From Candidatus Hydrothermia bacterium (lineage in GTDB: Bacteria; Hydrothermota; Hydrothermia; UBA1063): 64,000 nucleotides of DNA. This document shows, in pieces, positions 37,976-46,762 of this stretch; position 1 is the first letter of the stretch; every line of letters begins with the position of its first letter. The translations under genes were made by a program, and so were the position numbers. The DNA lies in the NCBI GenBank assembly GCA_049719805.1, contig JBNARF010000002.1:342628-406627 (forward strand), given 5' to 3'. The notes beneath the pieces are model-generated. The model had not been told where the DNA came from. It was given only the letters and a program-made list of their open reading frames with translations, and searched no databases.

Positions 37976-40126
37976 TCAAAAACTCATGGAAAAGATAGTA
38001 CCATCCCTTCCTGCAAGGAAGATATAATTGTTCCAGAAAACCGGCGAATTTTCAAGGACCCTGGGAACTGGCAAAACCCATAAGAGATTTCCATTAGTGA
38101 GGTTCAAACAGTAAAGTTCTCCAAAATCACCGGCGGGAGTAGTGGAGGATACTAAAACGAATGAGTCAACAATTACAGGCACTGAGAATATAAGGTTCCC
38201 TGTGTCAAAATTCCATATTCTAAGACCTGAGTGAGAGTTATGTGTGAAGATCTTTCCAAAGGCTGTTGCGACGACGGTAAAGGTGTCTTTTATGGAAAGA
38301 GCGCCAACTATTGGTTCTTGTAGGTTAAAAGACCAGCTTAGGAAATTTTTATTAATATCAAATGCGCCAATTTCACCTCCATTATTACCATAATATATCT
38401 TACCATTCCAGTAGGTGAGAAATGCTTCTATAGGGGCTGATGTCTTTGTTCCTCCGATTTCAACACCACTTTTCGCATCAATTACATAAATTTTACCTGT
38501 AAGGTCAGCAATATATACATGGTCTTCATATATCCCAGGTGTATTTTTCAGCATTCCCGTGGTGACGAATTTCCACTCAATCTGATCCTTGTTTATGTTG
38601 TACGCATAAAGACCATCCTGGAAGGTGGGTATGTAAATAAATTCACCAAAAGCCACTGGTGGGGATACTATAGCGCCGTCTATTTTCTTATTTCTAATAA
38701 TTTGACCTGCTTTGTTGAGGATGTATACATATCCCTCCTGAGTTCCTACTATTATATTATTTTCATAGATGGCTGGTGAATGTAAAATAGCACCTTCAAG
38801 TTGCGTGGTCCACAGGATATTTCCACCTGTGTCCAGGGCGTATAATTTTCCGGAAGATGTTCCAATGTAAAGAATTCCGCTATCTATCGCAGGTTGAGCA
38901 GGTGTACCATCCAGGTTCCTTGACCATGCTATTCGTGGGGGTGTTTTGCTCAAAGCGCAGGGGGCATTGAAGTTGTGGGATTCATTACCCATATAAGATG
39001 GGTAAACGACTTCGGATTTAGTGGTTGCTGTAAAGAAAAACTTTCTATAGACCGCAAAAAGAGCACCGAGCAGCACAATTAATGAGACAACAATGACTGG
39101 AACAGGAGATTTTTTCTTCTTTTTAACCACTCTAATTTCAGGAGTTGTCGGAATTAACTTTTCCTTTTCTTCTTCAACCTCTTCTTCAGCAACTTCAATT
39201 GGTGTTTCAGTTGAAATAACTTCCAGACCCTGTTTTTCAAGATTTTCTAAAATTTTAGCCGCTTCTTCGAGATTAATTTCTTCTATATGCCCTATATTAC
39301 TTGGTTCTTCTTTTAATCCTATGAGAACACTCTCTTTTAGTCCGAGCTTGGAATTGATCTCCTCCACTGCTTTGCTCATTTTCGCAAGAAGCTCGTCGTA
39401 TTCTTTCACTTTCTTGATTACTTCCATTAGTCTGTTTCTTGCTTCAGGCTCTTCGGGCCCACCCATTCTAATTTTGATAACAAGTTTTCCCGCCTCTTCT
39501 TCGTAAAGGTTTTTCTGGGTTTCAACTTCTTTCATACTATCGGTAATAAAATCTTTTATTTTCTCGAGTCGATTGTAAAGTTCTTCCAGTTGTTTTAAGT
39601 ATGTTTGCCCTTTACCCTGGAGCCTTCGCGCACGAAGTTCTTCTTCCTGCTGTAAAAGAGTACTAATAGGCGTTACGTTCTCTACCTTTATTGTTGTTGG
39701 TGGTGTCATACCCTTTACTTTCTGGAAGTCTTCTTCAGTATCAGCTTCAAGAAGTGCCTTGAATTGGTTGTAGTTGTGCTGAACCATGGCCATTTGTTTT
39801 GCAATTGACGTTAACTTGGATTTTCCTTGGTCAGATGGAATGTCCCCAAGTAATATGCCTATTTTTGTTTTGTTATATTCAATATCAAGTTCTTTTAGTT
39901 CATTGGAAAGTCTTTCTACCTCTTCTTGAACGCCATGGAGGAGGGTTTCCAGTTCTCGTGAGAGAAAGTTAATCTCTTTTTCATAATCATTTTTCAGAAT
40001 TTTGAATTGTTTCTCTGTAATTTCCCCTTTTTCGTAAAATTCATTTAATTTTGAAAGGGCTCGGGTAACCGAGCTATACTTTTCCTTTAAATCTTCTATG
40101 CGCTCAATTAAACTTAGTAGTTCCAT
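37976..40126 (-). CDS. bitopic membrane protein: long N-terminal coiled coil, one TM helix, C-terminal PQQ/BamB-like beta-propeller
   Basis: About 340 aa of heptad-rich E/K/L sequence, then KKKKSPVPVIVVSLIVLLGALFAVY, then repeated ...G.(I/L)YA(L/Y)D..(T/S)G...W propeller blades. Start set at ATG 40126 because of the promoter geometry. The track starts at GTG 40150. Confidence 0.7.
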   Translation of the reverse strand: MELLSLIERIEDLKEKYSSVTRALSKLNEFYEKGEITEKQFKILKNDYEKEINFLSRELETLLHGVQEEVERLSNELKELDIEYNKTKIGILLGDIPSDQGKSKLTSIAKQMAMVQHNYNQFKALLEADTEEDFQKVKGMTPPTTIKVENVTPISTLLQQEEELRARRLQGKGQTYLKQLEELYNRLEKIKDFITDSMKEVETQKNLYEEEAGKLVIKIRMGGPEEPEARNRLMEVIKKVKEYDELLAKMSKAVEEINSKLGLKESVLIGLKEEPSNIGHIEEINLEEAAKILENLEKQGLEVISTETPIEVAEEEVEEEKEKLIPTTPEIRVVKKKKKSPVPVIVVSLIVLLGALFAVYRKFFFTATTKSEVVYPSYMGNESHNFNAPCALSKTPPRIAWSRNLDGTPAQPAIDSGILYIGTSSGKLYALDTGGNILWTTQLEGAILHSPAIYENNIIVGTQEGYVYILNKAGQIIRNKKIDGAIVSPPVAFGEFIYIPTFQDGLYAYNINKDQIEWKFVTTGMLKNTPGIYEDHVYIADLTGKIYVIDAKSGVEIGGTKTSAPIEAFLTYWNGKIYYGNNGGEIGAFDINKNFLSWSFNLQEPIVGALSIKDTFTVVATAFGKIFTHNSHSGLRIWNFDTGNLIFSVPVIVDSFVLVSSTTPAGDFGELYCLNLTNGNLLWVLPVPRVLENSPVFWNNYIFLAGRDGTIFSMSF

Positions 40127-40133
40127 GCTAAAT

Positions 40134-40162
40134 ATTATAGAACCAGACACCTAAAAAGTCAA
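40134..40162 (-). promoter_or_regulatory. consensus promoter giving a leaderless mRNA for the coiled-coil/propeller gene
   Basis: On the minus strand, TTGACT (40162-40157), exactly 17 nt, TATAAT (40139-40134), 7 nt, ATG 40126. Confidence 0.55.
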
Positions 40163-40198
40163 TAGCCTGAATCGGAAATAACTGAGATTAAATCCCGT

Positions 40199-41023
40199 CT
40201 ATTCTCTGAGTCTATCAGAAGGTTCTAAAGAATCATGAGGCAATTCTCTTAGTATACTGTCCGAATCTGGCAGTGTAACTACCTCTTTTTGACTCTCCTC
40301 AGTTTTCTCATACTCTTCTGGGATGATATTCCTTAGTTTCATAATATAGAGGATTTTTTCTGCTCTTCTCTTTACATAACGAGAAGGATTTGAAGGGTTA
40401 TACTTAAGGGGATTTGGGAGAACAGAGGCTAAAAGTGCAGCCTCTTCAGGAGTAAGATTAAGAGCTGGTTTTTGGAAGTAAAATCTGGAAGCACCTTCAG
40501 CTCCAAAGATTCCAGGTCCCCATTCTGCAATATTTAAATATAATTCGAGTATTCTTTTCTTTGTCAATTTCTTTTCGATTCTTATTGTGAGTACTGCTTC
40601 CTGAATTTTTCTGATAAGGGTTTTGCGGGGGCCCAGAAAAAGGTTTTTGGCCAATTGCTGACTTATGGTGCTCCCCCCATATTGAAGCTTTTTCTTTTTG
40701 ATGTTCTTTTCTAATGCGATTTTTATTCCTTCGAGGTCAAAACCTTCGTGCCTGTAAAATTTGTCGTCCTCTGCGATGAGTACGGCTTTAACGAGGTAAG
40801 GGGATATTCGTGACAGTGGCACATATGTTTTGTAAATTTTGTAACTTTTTTTATTCTTTTTGGCAGATTCAATGCGGTGTCTCATCAGAGCGGTTAGTTC
40901 GGGAGTGTGGTTTTTCAGGGAATTTACATCATAGAGAAAGGGTGGGACAAAAATATAACCTAAGCCGACTATCAGAAATAAAATCAAAAGAAAATTTAGA
41001 ACTTTTTTCATGAAGTGAGCCAA
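40199..41023 (-). CDS. mtgA: monofunctional peptidoglycan glycosyltransferase (GT51)
   Basis: N-terminal TM helix plus AVLIAEDDKFYRHEGFD, GGSTISQQLAKNLFL and RKIQE motifs. TTG start 9 nt after GGAG. Confidence 0.85.
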   Translation of the reverse strand: MAHFMKKVLNFLLILFLIVGLGYIFVPPFLYDVNSLKNHTPELTALMRHRIESAKKNKKSYKIYKTYVPLSRISPYLVKAVLIAEDDKFYRHEGFDLEGIKIALEKNIKKKKLQYGGSTISQQLAKNLFLGPRKTLIRKIQEAVLTIRIEKKLTKKRILELYLNIAEWGPGIFGAEGASRFYFQKPALNLTPEEAALLASVLPNPLKYNPSNPSRYVKRRAEKILYIMKLRNIIPEEYEKTEESQKEVVTLPDSDSILRELPHDSLEPSDRLRE

Positions 41024-41061
41024 ATTATTTTACTCCACTTCACTCGAACAAAATATTGCTG

Positions 41062-41090
41062 TTTACAATTCGGTATAGCAATTCTATTAA
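41062..41090 (+). promoter_or_regulatory. possible promoter of the Clp ATPase gene
   Basis: TTTACA (41062-41067), 17 nt, TATTAA (41085-41090). It overlaps an inverted repeat ATTGCT...AGCAAT. I recognised no CIRCE or CtsR box. Confidence 0.3.
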
Positions 41091-41120
41091 TTTTATAAAC
41101 AGAGACTTTCGGAGGTAGTG

Positions 41121-43568
41121 ATGAGGTTTGACAGATTTACGGAGGGTGCACAGGAAGCACTTATAAGGGCTCAAGAGCTCCTTGCCAAATTTAAACACAA
41201 TCAGCTGGACGTGGAACATATTTTTTATGGACTCCTGGAGGAGGAAGATGGTGTTGTTTCTCAAATTTTCGAAAAGCTTGGTGTTCATCCAGTTCTTGTA
41301 AAAGAGAAGATAAAAGAGGCTCTATTAAAAGTACCACAGACTGAAATTCATGGTTCAAGACCCATACAAATATACATCACGCCCAGAGCCCAGGAGGTAA
41401 TCCAGCAGGCCTTCTTTGAGGCTGAAAAGTTAAAAGACGAATTTGTTGCTCAGGAACATCTACTTCTTGCCATTGAAAATGTGGGTGGAGGAGCATCTGC
41501 GAGGATTTTAAAAGAATTCGGGATTGACAAGGAGAAAATTTATAAAGCTCTTTATGAAATCCGAGGAGGGCAGCGGGTTACTGAGCCCACAGCTGAAAGT
41601 AAATATAATGCTTTAGCTAAATATACAGTTGATATCACCAGGCTAGCAGAACAGGGCAAGCTCGACCCTGTAATTGGAAGGGATAATGAAATTGATAGGG
41701 TAATCCAGATTATTTTGAGGAAAACAAAGAACAATCCTGTTTTGATTGGTGAGCCAGGTGTGGGAAAGACAGCCATCGTTTATGGACTTGCTTTAAGGAT
41801 TCATGAGAAAAAAGTTCCGGATTTTTTGAAAGATAAACGTATTCTTATGTTAGACATGGGGGCGCTGCTGGCAGGATCGAAATTCAGAGGAGAGTTTGAG
41901 GAACGTCTGAAAGCTGTTCTGGACGAGGTAAAAAGACAAAAAGACAGGATTATTCTTTTTATCGATGAACTTCATACCATCGTTGGTGCGGGTGCTGCGG
42001 AGGGGGCCATCGATGCTGCCAATCTTCTAAAGCCCGGACTTGCATCAGGGGAGTTGCGAGTTATTGGTGCCACTACACTGGATGAATACAGGCAAAGGAT
42101 TGAAAAAGATGGTGCACTGGAGAGAAGATTCCAACCTGTTTATGTAAAGGAACCCAGTGTTGAGGAAACTATTGATATTTTAAGGGGTCTCAGAGAAAGA
42201 TTTGAAGCACACCATAGGGTTAAGATAGCGGACTCTGCTCTTGTGGCAGCGGCAAAGCTCGCGGACAGATATGTGCAGGGCAGAAAGCTTCCTGATAAAG
42301 CAATTGACTTATTAGATGAGGCCTGTGCTATGCTCAGAATAAAACTTTCTGAGATGCCGGAGGAGTTAAAGAATTTACAGAACAAGATTGGAAGTTTAAG
42401 GGATCAAATTTCCCTTATGAGCCAGTTTGCGGGGGAGGGCGATAATCAGAGGTTGAAAGAGGAACTCGAGAAATTTGAGAGGGATTTTATAGAAAAGAAG
42501 GATCAATGGTTAAAAGAGAAAAGTATGGATGATGTAGTGGATGAGAATGATATAGCCTACGTTGTATCAAAATGGACAGGAATTCCAACGATGAGACTTC
42601 TGGAGGATGAAGCTAAAAGGCTTCTTTACCTCGAAGAGGAACTCAAGAAGAGAGTGAAAGGGCAGGATTACGCTATAAAGGTTGTAGCGGAAGCTATAAG
42701 ACGTTCCAGAGCCGGTCTTGGTCCTAAAAATAGGCCCATTGGTGTTTTTATGTTTTTAGGCCCGACAGGTGTGGGTAAAACCCACCTCGCGAGACAACTG
42801 GCTTATATACTCTTTAATGATGAGGATGCTCTCCTAAGAATTGACATGTCTGAATACATGGAAAAACATGCTGTTTCGAGGCTTATTGGGGCACCACCGG
42901 GATATATTGGATTTGAAAGAGGAGGACAGCTTACCGAGGCAGTAAGAAGAAGACCCTATCAGGTAATTCTCTTTGATGAAATAGAAAAGGCGCACCCGGA
43001 TGTTTTTAACATAATGCTACAAATTTTTGATGCTGGGAGACTTACAGATTCCCAGGGTCACGTTGTGGATTTCAGGAATACACTGATTATTATGACTTCA
43101 AATATTCAGTATCAGTTTAACGACTCTCCAAAGATAGGATTTTTAAAAGATGATTCTGAGGTTACAAAGATTCACCAGTCCAGGGTTAATTCCATAATGC
43201 CTGAACTCTTAAAGTTTTTTAAAATTGAATTTTTGAACAGGATTGACGAGTTCGTTTTCTTTAATCCCCTGGGTAAAGATGAGGTTAAGCAAATTGTTGA
43301 GCTTCAGCTTCAAGAAGTCAAAGAGAGTCTTTCTGAAAATGGTATTAACTTTACCTGGACATCAAGGGCCGTGGATTACCTGGCAGAAATCGGGTATAAT
43401 CCTGAACTTGGCGCACGTCCTTTAAGGCGAGCAATACAGACATATATTGAAAATCCTATAGCTGATAGGATACTCGCCGGTGAATTTAAACCCGGTGACG
43501 ATATAATCGTTGATTATGATGAGGAAATTAAATTCTTAAAAGGTACTGTTAAAACGTCACAAAATTGA
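41121..43568 (+). CDS. clpC: Clp/Hsp100 double-AAA+ ATPase, ClpC-like (short middle domain, ClpP-loop-like KIGF)
   Basis: Clp_N repeats. Two Walker A motifs ([16 protein letters not shown]). About 85 aa between [10 protein letters not shown] and [13 protein letters not shown] tripeptide region in D2. ATG 41121 lies 5 nt after GGAGG. Confidence 0.8.
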   Translation: MRFDRFTEGAQEALIRAQELLAKFKHNQLDVEHIFYGLLEEEDGVVSQIFEKLGVHPVLVKEKIKEALLKVPQTEIHGSRPIQIYITPRAQEVIQQAFFEAEKLKDEFVAQEHLLLAIENVGGGASARILKEFGIDKEKIYKALYEIRGGQRVTEPTAESKYNALAKYTVDITRLAEQGKLDPVIGRDNEIDRVIQIILRKTKNNPVLIGEPGVGKTAIVYGLALRIHEKKVPDFLKDKRILMLDMGALLAGSKFRGEFEERLKAVLDEVKRQKDRIILFIDELHTIVGAGAAEGAIDAANLLKPGLASGELRVIGATTLDEYRQRIEKDGALERRFQPVYVKEPSVEETIDILRGLRERFEAHHRVKIADSALVAAAKLADRYVQGRKLPDKAIDLLDEACAMLRIKLSEMPEELKNLQNKIGSLRDQISLMSQFAGEGDNQRLKEELEKFERDFIEKKDQWLKEKSMDDVVDENDIAYVVSKWTGIPTMRLLEDEAKRLLYLEEELKKRVKGQDYAIKVVAEAIRRSRAGLGPKNRPIGVFMFLGPTGVGKTHLARQLAYILFNDEDALLRIDMSEYMEKHAVSRLIGAPPGYIGFERGGQLTEAVRRRPYQVILFDEIEKAHPDVFNIMLQIFDAGRLTDSQGHVVDFRNTLIIMTSNIQYQFNDSPKIGFLKDDSEVTKIHQSRVNSIMPELLKFFKIEFLNRIDEFVFFNPLGKDEVKQIVELQLQEVKESLSENGINFTWTSRAVDYLAEIGYNPELGARPLRRAIQTYIENPIADRILAGEFKPGDDIIVDYDEEIKFLKGTVKTSQN

Positions 43569-43594
43569 TTTTTTGTTCTATCTAAGTGTGCTTT

Positions 43595-44446
43595 TTAGTG
43601 TCTGTCACTTGGGTATTTCCAGTCTTTATCGAGGCACATTCGGGATAATCTGGTTATGGTGGGAATTTTTCGCTTGTGCTCCGAAGACACCACGCGTTGG
43701 TAAATATCTAGTATTGCTTCTTCTTTCAGATTTAATACTTCGGAAGTCTCTCTAACTGAAAGTTCTAATTCTACCAAGCAATAGAGAACACGATCAATTT
43801 CATAATACGTGTGTCCCAATTCTTCCTCATCTGTTTGCCCCACCCAAAGCCCGGCTGAAGGTTTTTTCCTGATTATTTCCGTTGGGATTCCAACGTAGTC
43901 GGACATTTGCCATACCTGAGTTTTGTAAAGGTCGCCAATGGGATAAAAATCTACTGCTATGTCACCATATTTTGTCCCGTATCCAAGGAGAAGTTCCGTT
44001 TTATTCGAGGTTCCTATTACGAATCCCCCGAGAGTGTTTGCATAGAGGTAGTTCAGAATCATTCTAATTCTGGGTTTTACATTTGCCAGGGCAAGTTTTT
44101 GGTTTTTGTTAGCAGCCTCTATTTCTTCGTATCGCTCTTTAAACCACTCGATGGCAGCGTTTATTGGAATAATTCTGTAGTTTATGTTGAACTTTTTGAC
44201 GAGGTCCAATGCATGTTCAATGTCTTCCTGAGGAGACACACCTTCTTCAGGCATTATGAGACATAGTAGGTTATCACCTAAAGCTTCTTTACTTAAAACG
44301 GCCACAAGGGATGAATCCACACCGCCGGATAATGCCACTATACCCACTTTTACGCCGAGTTTTTCATATCGGTCCCTTATGGAGTTAACAATAATTTTCT
44401 TGTAGAGTTCAAGTTCTTCATTTTTCAATAGAATATCTATATCCAT
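43595..44446 (-). CDS. nadE: NAD+ synthetase, stand-alone synthetase (PP-loop) subunit
   Basis: ALSGGVDSSLVA PP-loop (SGGxDS), GTSNKTELLLGY and DLYKTQV motifs. Confidence 0.9.
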   Translation of the reverse strand: MDIDILLKNEELELYKKIIVNSIRDRYEKLGVKVGIVALSGGVDSSLVAVLSKEALGDNLLCLIMPEEGVSPQEDIEHALDLVKKFNINYRIIPINAAIEWFKERYEEIEAANKNQKLALANVKPRIRMILNYLYANTLGGFVIGTSNKTELLLGYGTKYGDIAVDFYPIGDLYKTQVWQMSDYVGIPTEIIRKKPSAGLWVGQTDEEELGHTYYEIDRVLYCLVELELSVRETSEVLNLKEEAILDIYQRVVSSEHKRKIPTITRLSRMCLDKDWKYPSDRH

Positions 44447-45279
44447 TTACTCATCTCCTCGTACGCCCTCAAAACTTCTTCAAGAATCTCTCTCCTGACT
44501 TCTCTTACCCTGATGTCCCTTCTTCGGAGTCTTTTGGCCTCTTCAAGGTCAACTTCTATTACCTCAAAGTCCTCTTCTAAAAGTTTAAGCCTTTTAATAA
44601 TTTTAGCACTGGCAGAGTAGACAGCACTGCCACCCCAGTAGGTTATTCCCTCCTGTACTCCACACATATTAGCAAACACCACGGGCAGTATGTTGTCTAA
44701 AACCCTCACCTTCAGAAAGTCATCCCAGGTGTCGATTTTTCCTCTGTCAAAAGGTGATGCAGAAAGAGCAAATATGACTTCTGCACCGCGGAAGGTCAAA
44801 GCCCTGGCTGGTTCGGGGAACCACAGGTCCTCACTTATGAGAATTCCGATTTTTCCAAAGGGAGTCTCAAAAACAGGCAAAGTAGAGCCCGCTTTAAAGT
44901 ATTTTAACTCGTCGAAAAGACGGTAGTTTACAAGCTGTGTTTTTGCATATTTTCCGATTATCCTTCCGGAATTAATTAGTGCGGCAGAGTTATAAAAGAA
45001 TCCTCTTTCGTCCTTGTCTACAAAGCCTATAATTGCCCAGATTTTAAGTTCTTCTGTCCTCTTCAGAATCCGCTTTAAAGATTCTAAATTTTCGTCAACT
45101 TTATCAAGGTAAATGTCGCCGGAACCGTAACCCATGGTGGTGAGTTCTGGAAATACTACGATATGGGCACCACTGTTTTTTCCTCTCTCCAGTGCTTCCA
45201 CAATCTTTTTCTCATTATACTCTATATATCCTAGCCGTGATGATATTTGTGCGATTCCAACCTTAATTGTTCTTTTCAT
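44437..45279 (-). CDS. carbon-nitrogen hydrolase (nitrilase superfamily), probable glutaminase partner of NadE
   Basis: IVVFPEL (Glu), a Lys region, and an ISEDLWFPE region at the position of the catalytic stretch. Overlaps the nadE start by 10 nt. Confidence 0.8.
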   Translation of the reverse strand: MKRTIKVGIAQISSRLGYIEYNEKKIVEALERGKNSGAHIVVFPELTTMGYGSGDIYLDKVDENLESLKRILKRTEELKIWAIIGFVDKDERGFFYNSAALINSGRIIGKYAKTQLVNYRLFDELKYFKAGSTLPVFETPFGKIGILISEDLWFPEPARALTFRGAEVIFALSASPFDRGKIDTWDDFLKVRVLDNILPVVFANMCGVQEGITYWGGSAVYSASAKIIKRLKLLEEDFEVIEVDLEEAKRLRRRDIRVREVRREILEEVLRAYEEMSKWI

Positions 45280-45288
45280 ATTTTCCCC

Positions 45289-45777
45289 TTAGAAGCCTAT
45301 TTCAAAATTCTGGTCAAAACGTCCTGTAATATACCATCTCCCTCTTGATCCCCTGAAATCAGGCAAGTCATAACTAATTTCAAGGGATCCAGCTGAGCCT
45401 CTGGCATTAAAAACGTTACTACCAAACTTCAATCTTCCTCCAAATGAGTAATCATTGTGATCAGAATAGAGATGGGTATGATACACAACTCCCAGGCCTG
45501 CGTAAGGAGAGAAATATTTTGTTGGGTATATGAAATTTACGGTTAGGGGAGCATTAATCTCCTTATAGTCGTTTCGAAACACATATTCTCCGGACCCTTC
45601 TAATGACAAAAATTTTACAGGATAATATCCAGCTGTAAAGCCTATAACTGGGTAAGCATTGCCATTTTCAAATATCAAAGAGGAGTTGGCACCGAAACGG
45701 AATTTTGTGCCCTTTGTTCGGGCAAAAACCGGACATATAAACATAAAGATTGCTAAGATAATTATAGTTCTGTTCAT
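45289..45777 (-). CDS. small outer-membrane beta-barrel protein
   Basis: Signal peptide, alternating beta-strand pattern, and a C-terminal ...NFEIGF ending in Phe (OMP sorting signature). Confidence 0.6.
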   Translation of the reverse strand: MNRTIIILAIFMFICPVFARTKGTKFRFGANSSLIFENGNAYPVIGFTAGYYPVKFLSLEGSGEYVFRNDYKEINAPLTVNFIYPTKYFSPYAGLGVVYHTHLYSDHNDYSFGGRLKFGSNVFNARGSAGSLEISYDLPDFRGSRGRWYITGRFDQNFEIGF

Positions 45778-45854
45778 GGTTATAGTATAATCTTTGTGCC
45801 GCTAAAAGTAAAGTTCGCCAGAGGTAACTTATAATTAATCGGAGGAGAAAAGGT

Positions 45855-46415
45855 ATGAACAAGGTTATTTGTGCGTTCTTTTTATCTTCTGCCTTGATAT
45901 TCGGACAAAGTAATCGCACCTCTGAGGTGAGGATCGATGGCGTTGTGGACTCTCTGGAATACAATTCGATGGTAAGTCTTGTTCCTGACACTCTGACCAT
46001 GTACTATAACGTGGATTCTCTAAGAATTTACATAGCTTTAAAATCCAGTGTTCCCGGGTGGCTTGCTATAGGATTTGATCCTGAAAAGGGAATGAAAAAT
46101 GCCGATATGATTGTATTGTATCAGGAAAAGGACGGGAACTGGATATTGAAGGATGAATATTCCAGGGGAATTTACGGGCCGCATATGGAGGATGAAAAGA
46201 TTGGGGGTAAGAATGACATAGAGAATTTTAAAGTTGAGGTTTTCAATCACTATAAGGTAGTGGAGTTTGTCCGAAAGCTCAGTACCGGCGATAAATATGA
46301 CCGCGTTCTTATACCCGGGCGGAAGGTAAAAGTTATTTTTGCTGCAGCAAAATCTTCTGATATAAGGAAAAAGCATGATCTTTTGAAAGGTATGAAAGAG
46401 ATAACATTGGAGTAA
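45855..46415 (+). CDS. secreted DOMON-like domain protein
   Basis: Signal peptide. IDGVVDSLEYNS...LRIYIALKSSVPGWLAIGFDP...NADMIVLY resembles DOMON/EB_dh-type ligand-binding domains. This is an impression only. GGAGGAG SD. Confidence 0.45.
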   Translation: MNKVICAFFLSSALIFGQSNRTSEVRIDGVVDSLEYNSMVSLVPDTLTMYYNVDSLRIYIALKSSVPGWLAIGFDPEKGMKNADMIVLYQEKDGNWILKDEYSRGIYGPHMEDEKIGGKNDIENFKVEVFNHYKVVEFVRKLSTGDKYDRVLIPGRKVKVIFAAAKSSDIRKKHDLLKGMKEITLE

Positions 46416-46420
46416 CAAAG

Positions 46421-46762
46421 ATGGGCGTCGTTCACGCTGTTTTAAATATATTAGCTTTTTTATTTTTAAGTTTAGGCATTTATTTTGCCAAAAGACACAG
46501 GTTAAGTGTTCATCATGTACTTGTTTTTTCAGCAAGTTCTTTATTGTCTGCCAGTGTTGTGATGATGCTAATTTACTCTGGTGGACTTATTAATTTGCAC
46601 TGCTTTTTCGGGATTATCGTTTGGTTTACTATGTTTGTGTCGGTTACCGTGGGTTTCTTGTTTAGAAAACGGCTGGTGAAGAGGAAAGTACATAAGGTAC
46701 TCGGATTAATAAGTGTTTTGTCAATAGCTTTGCAAGTTATATTCGCTTTTATACCCTTATGA
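46421..46762 (+). CDS. small 4-TM, His-bearing membrane protein (possible b-type cytochrome partner of the DOMON protein)
   Basis: 113 aa with four predicted TM helices and His at or near helix ends (H5, H26, H31, H32, H59, H91). Starts 5 nt after the DOMON gene. ATGA overlap with polA. Confidence 0.45.
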   Translation: MGVVHAVLNILAFLFLSLGIYFAKRHRLSVHHVLVFSASSLLSASVVMMLIYSGGLINLHCFFGIIVWFTMFVSVTVGFLFRKRLVKRKVHKVLGLISVLSIALQVIFAFIPL

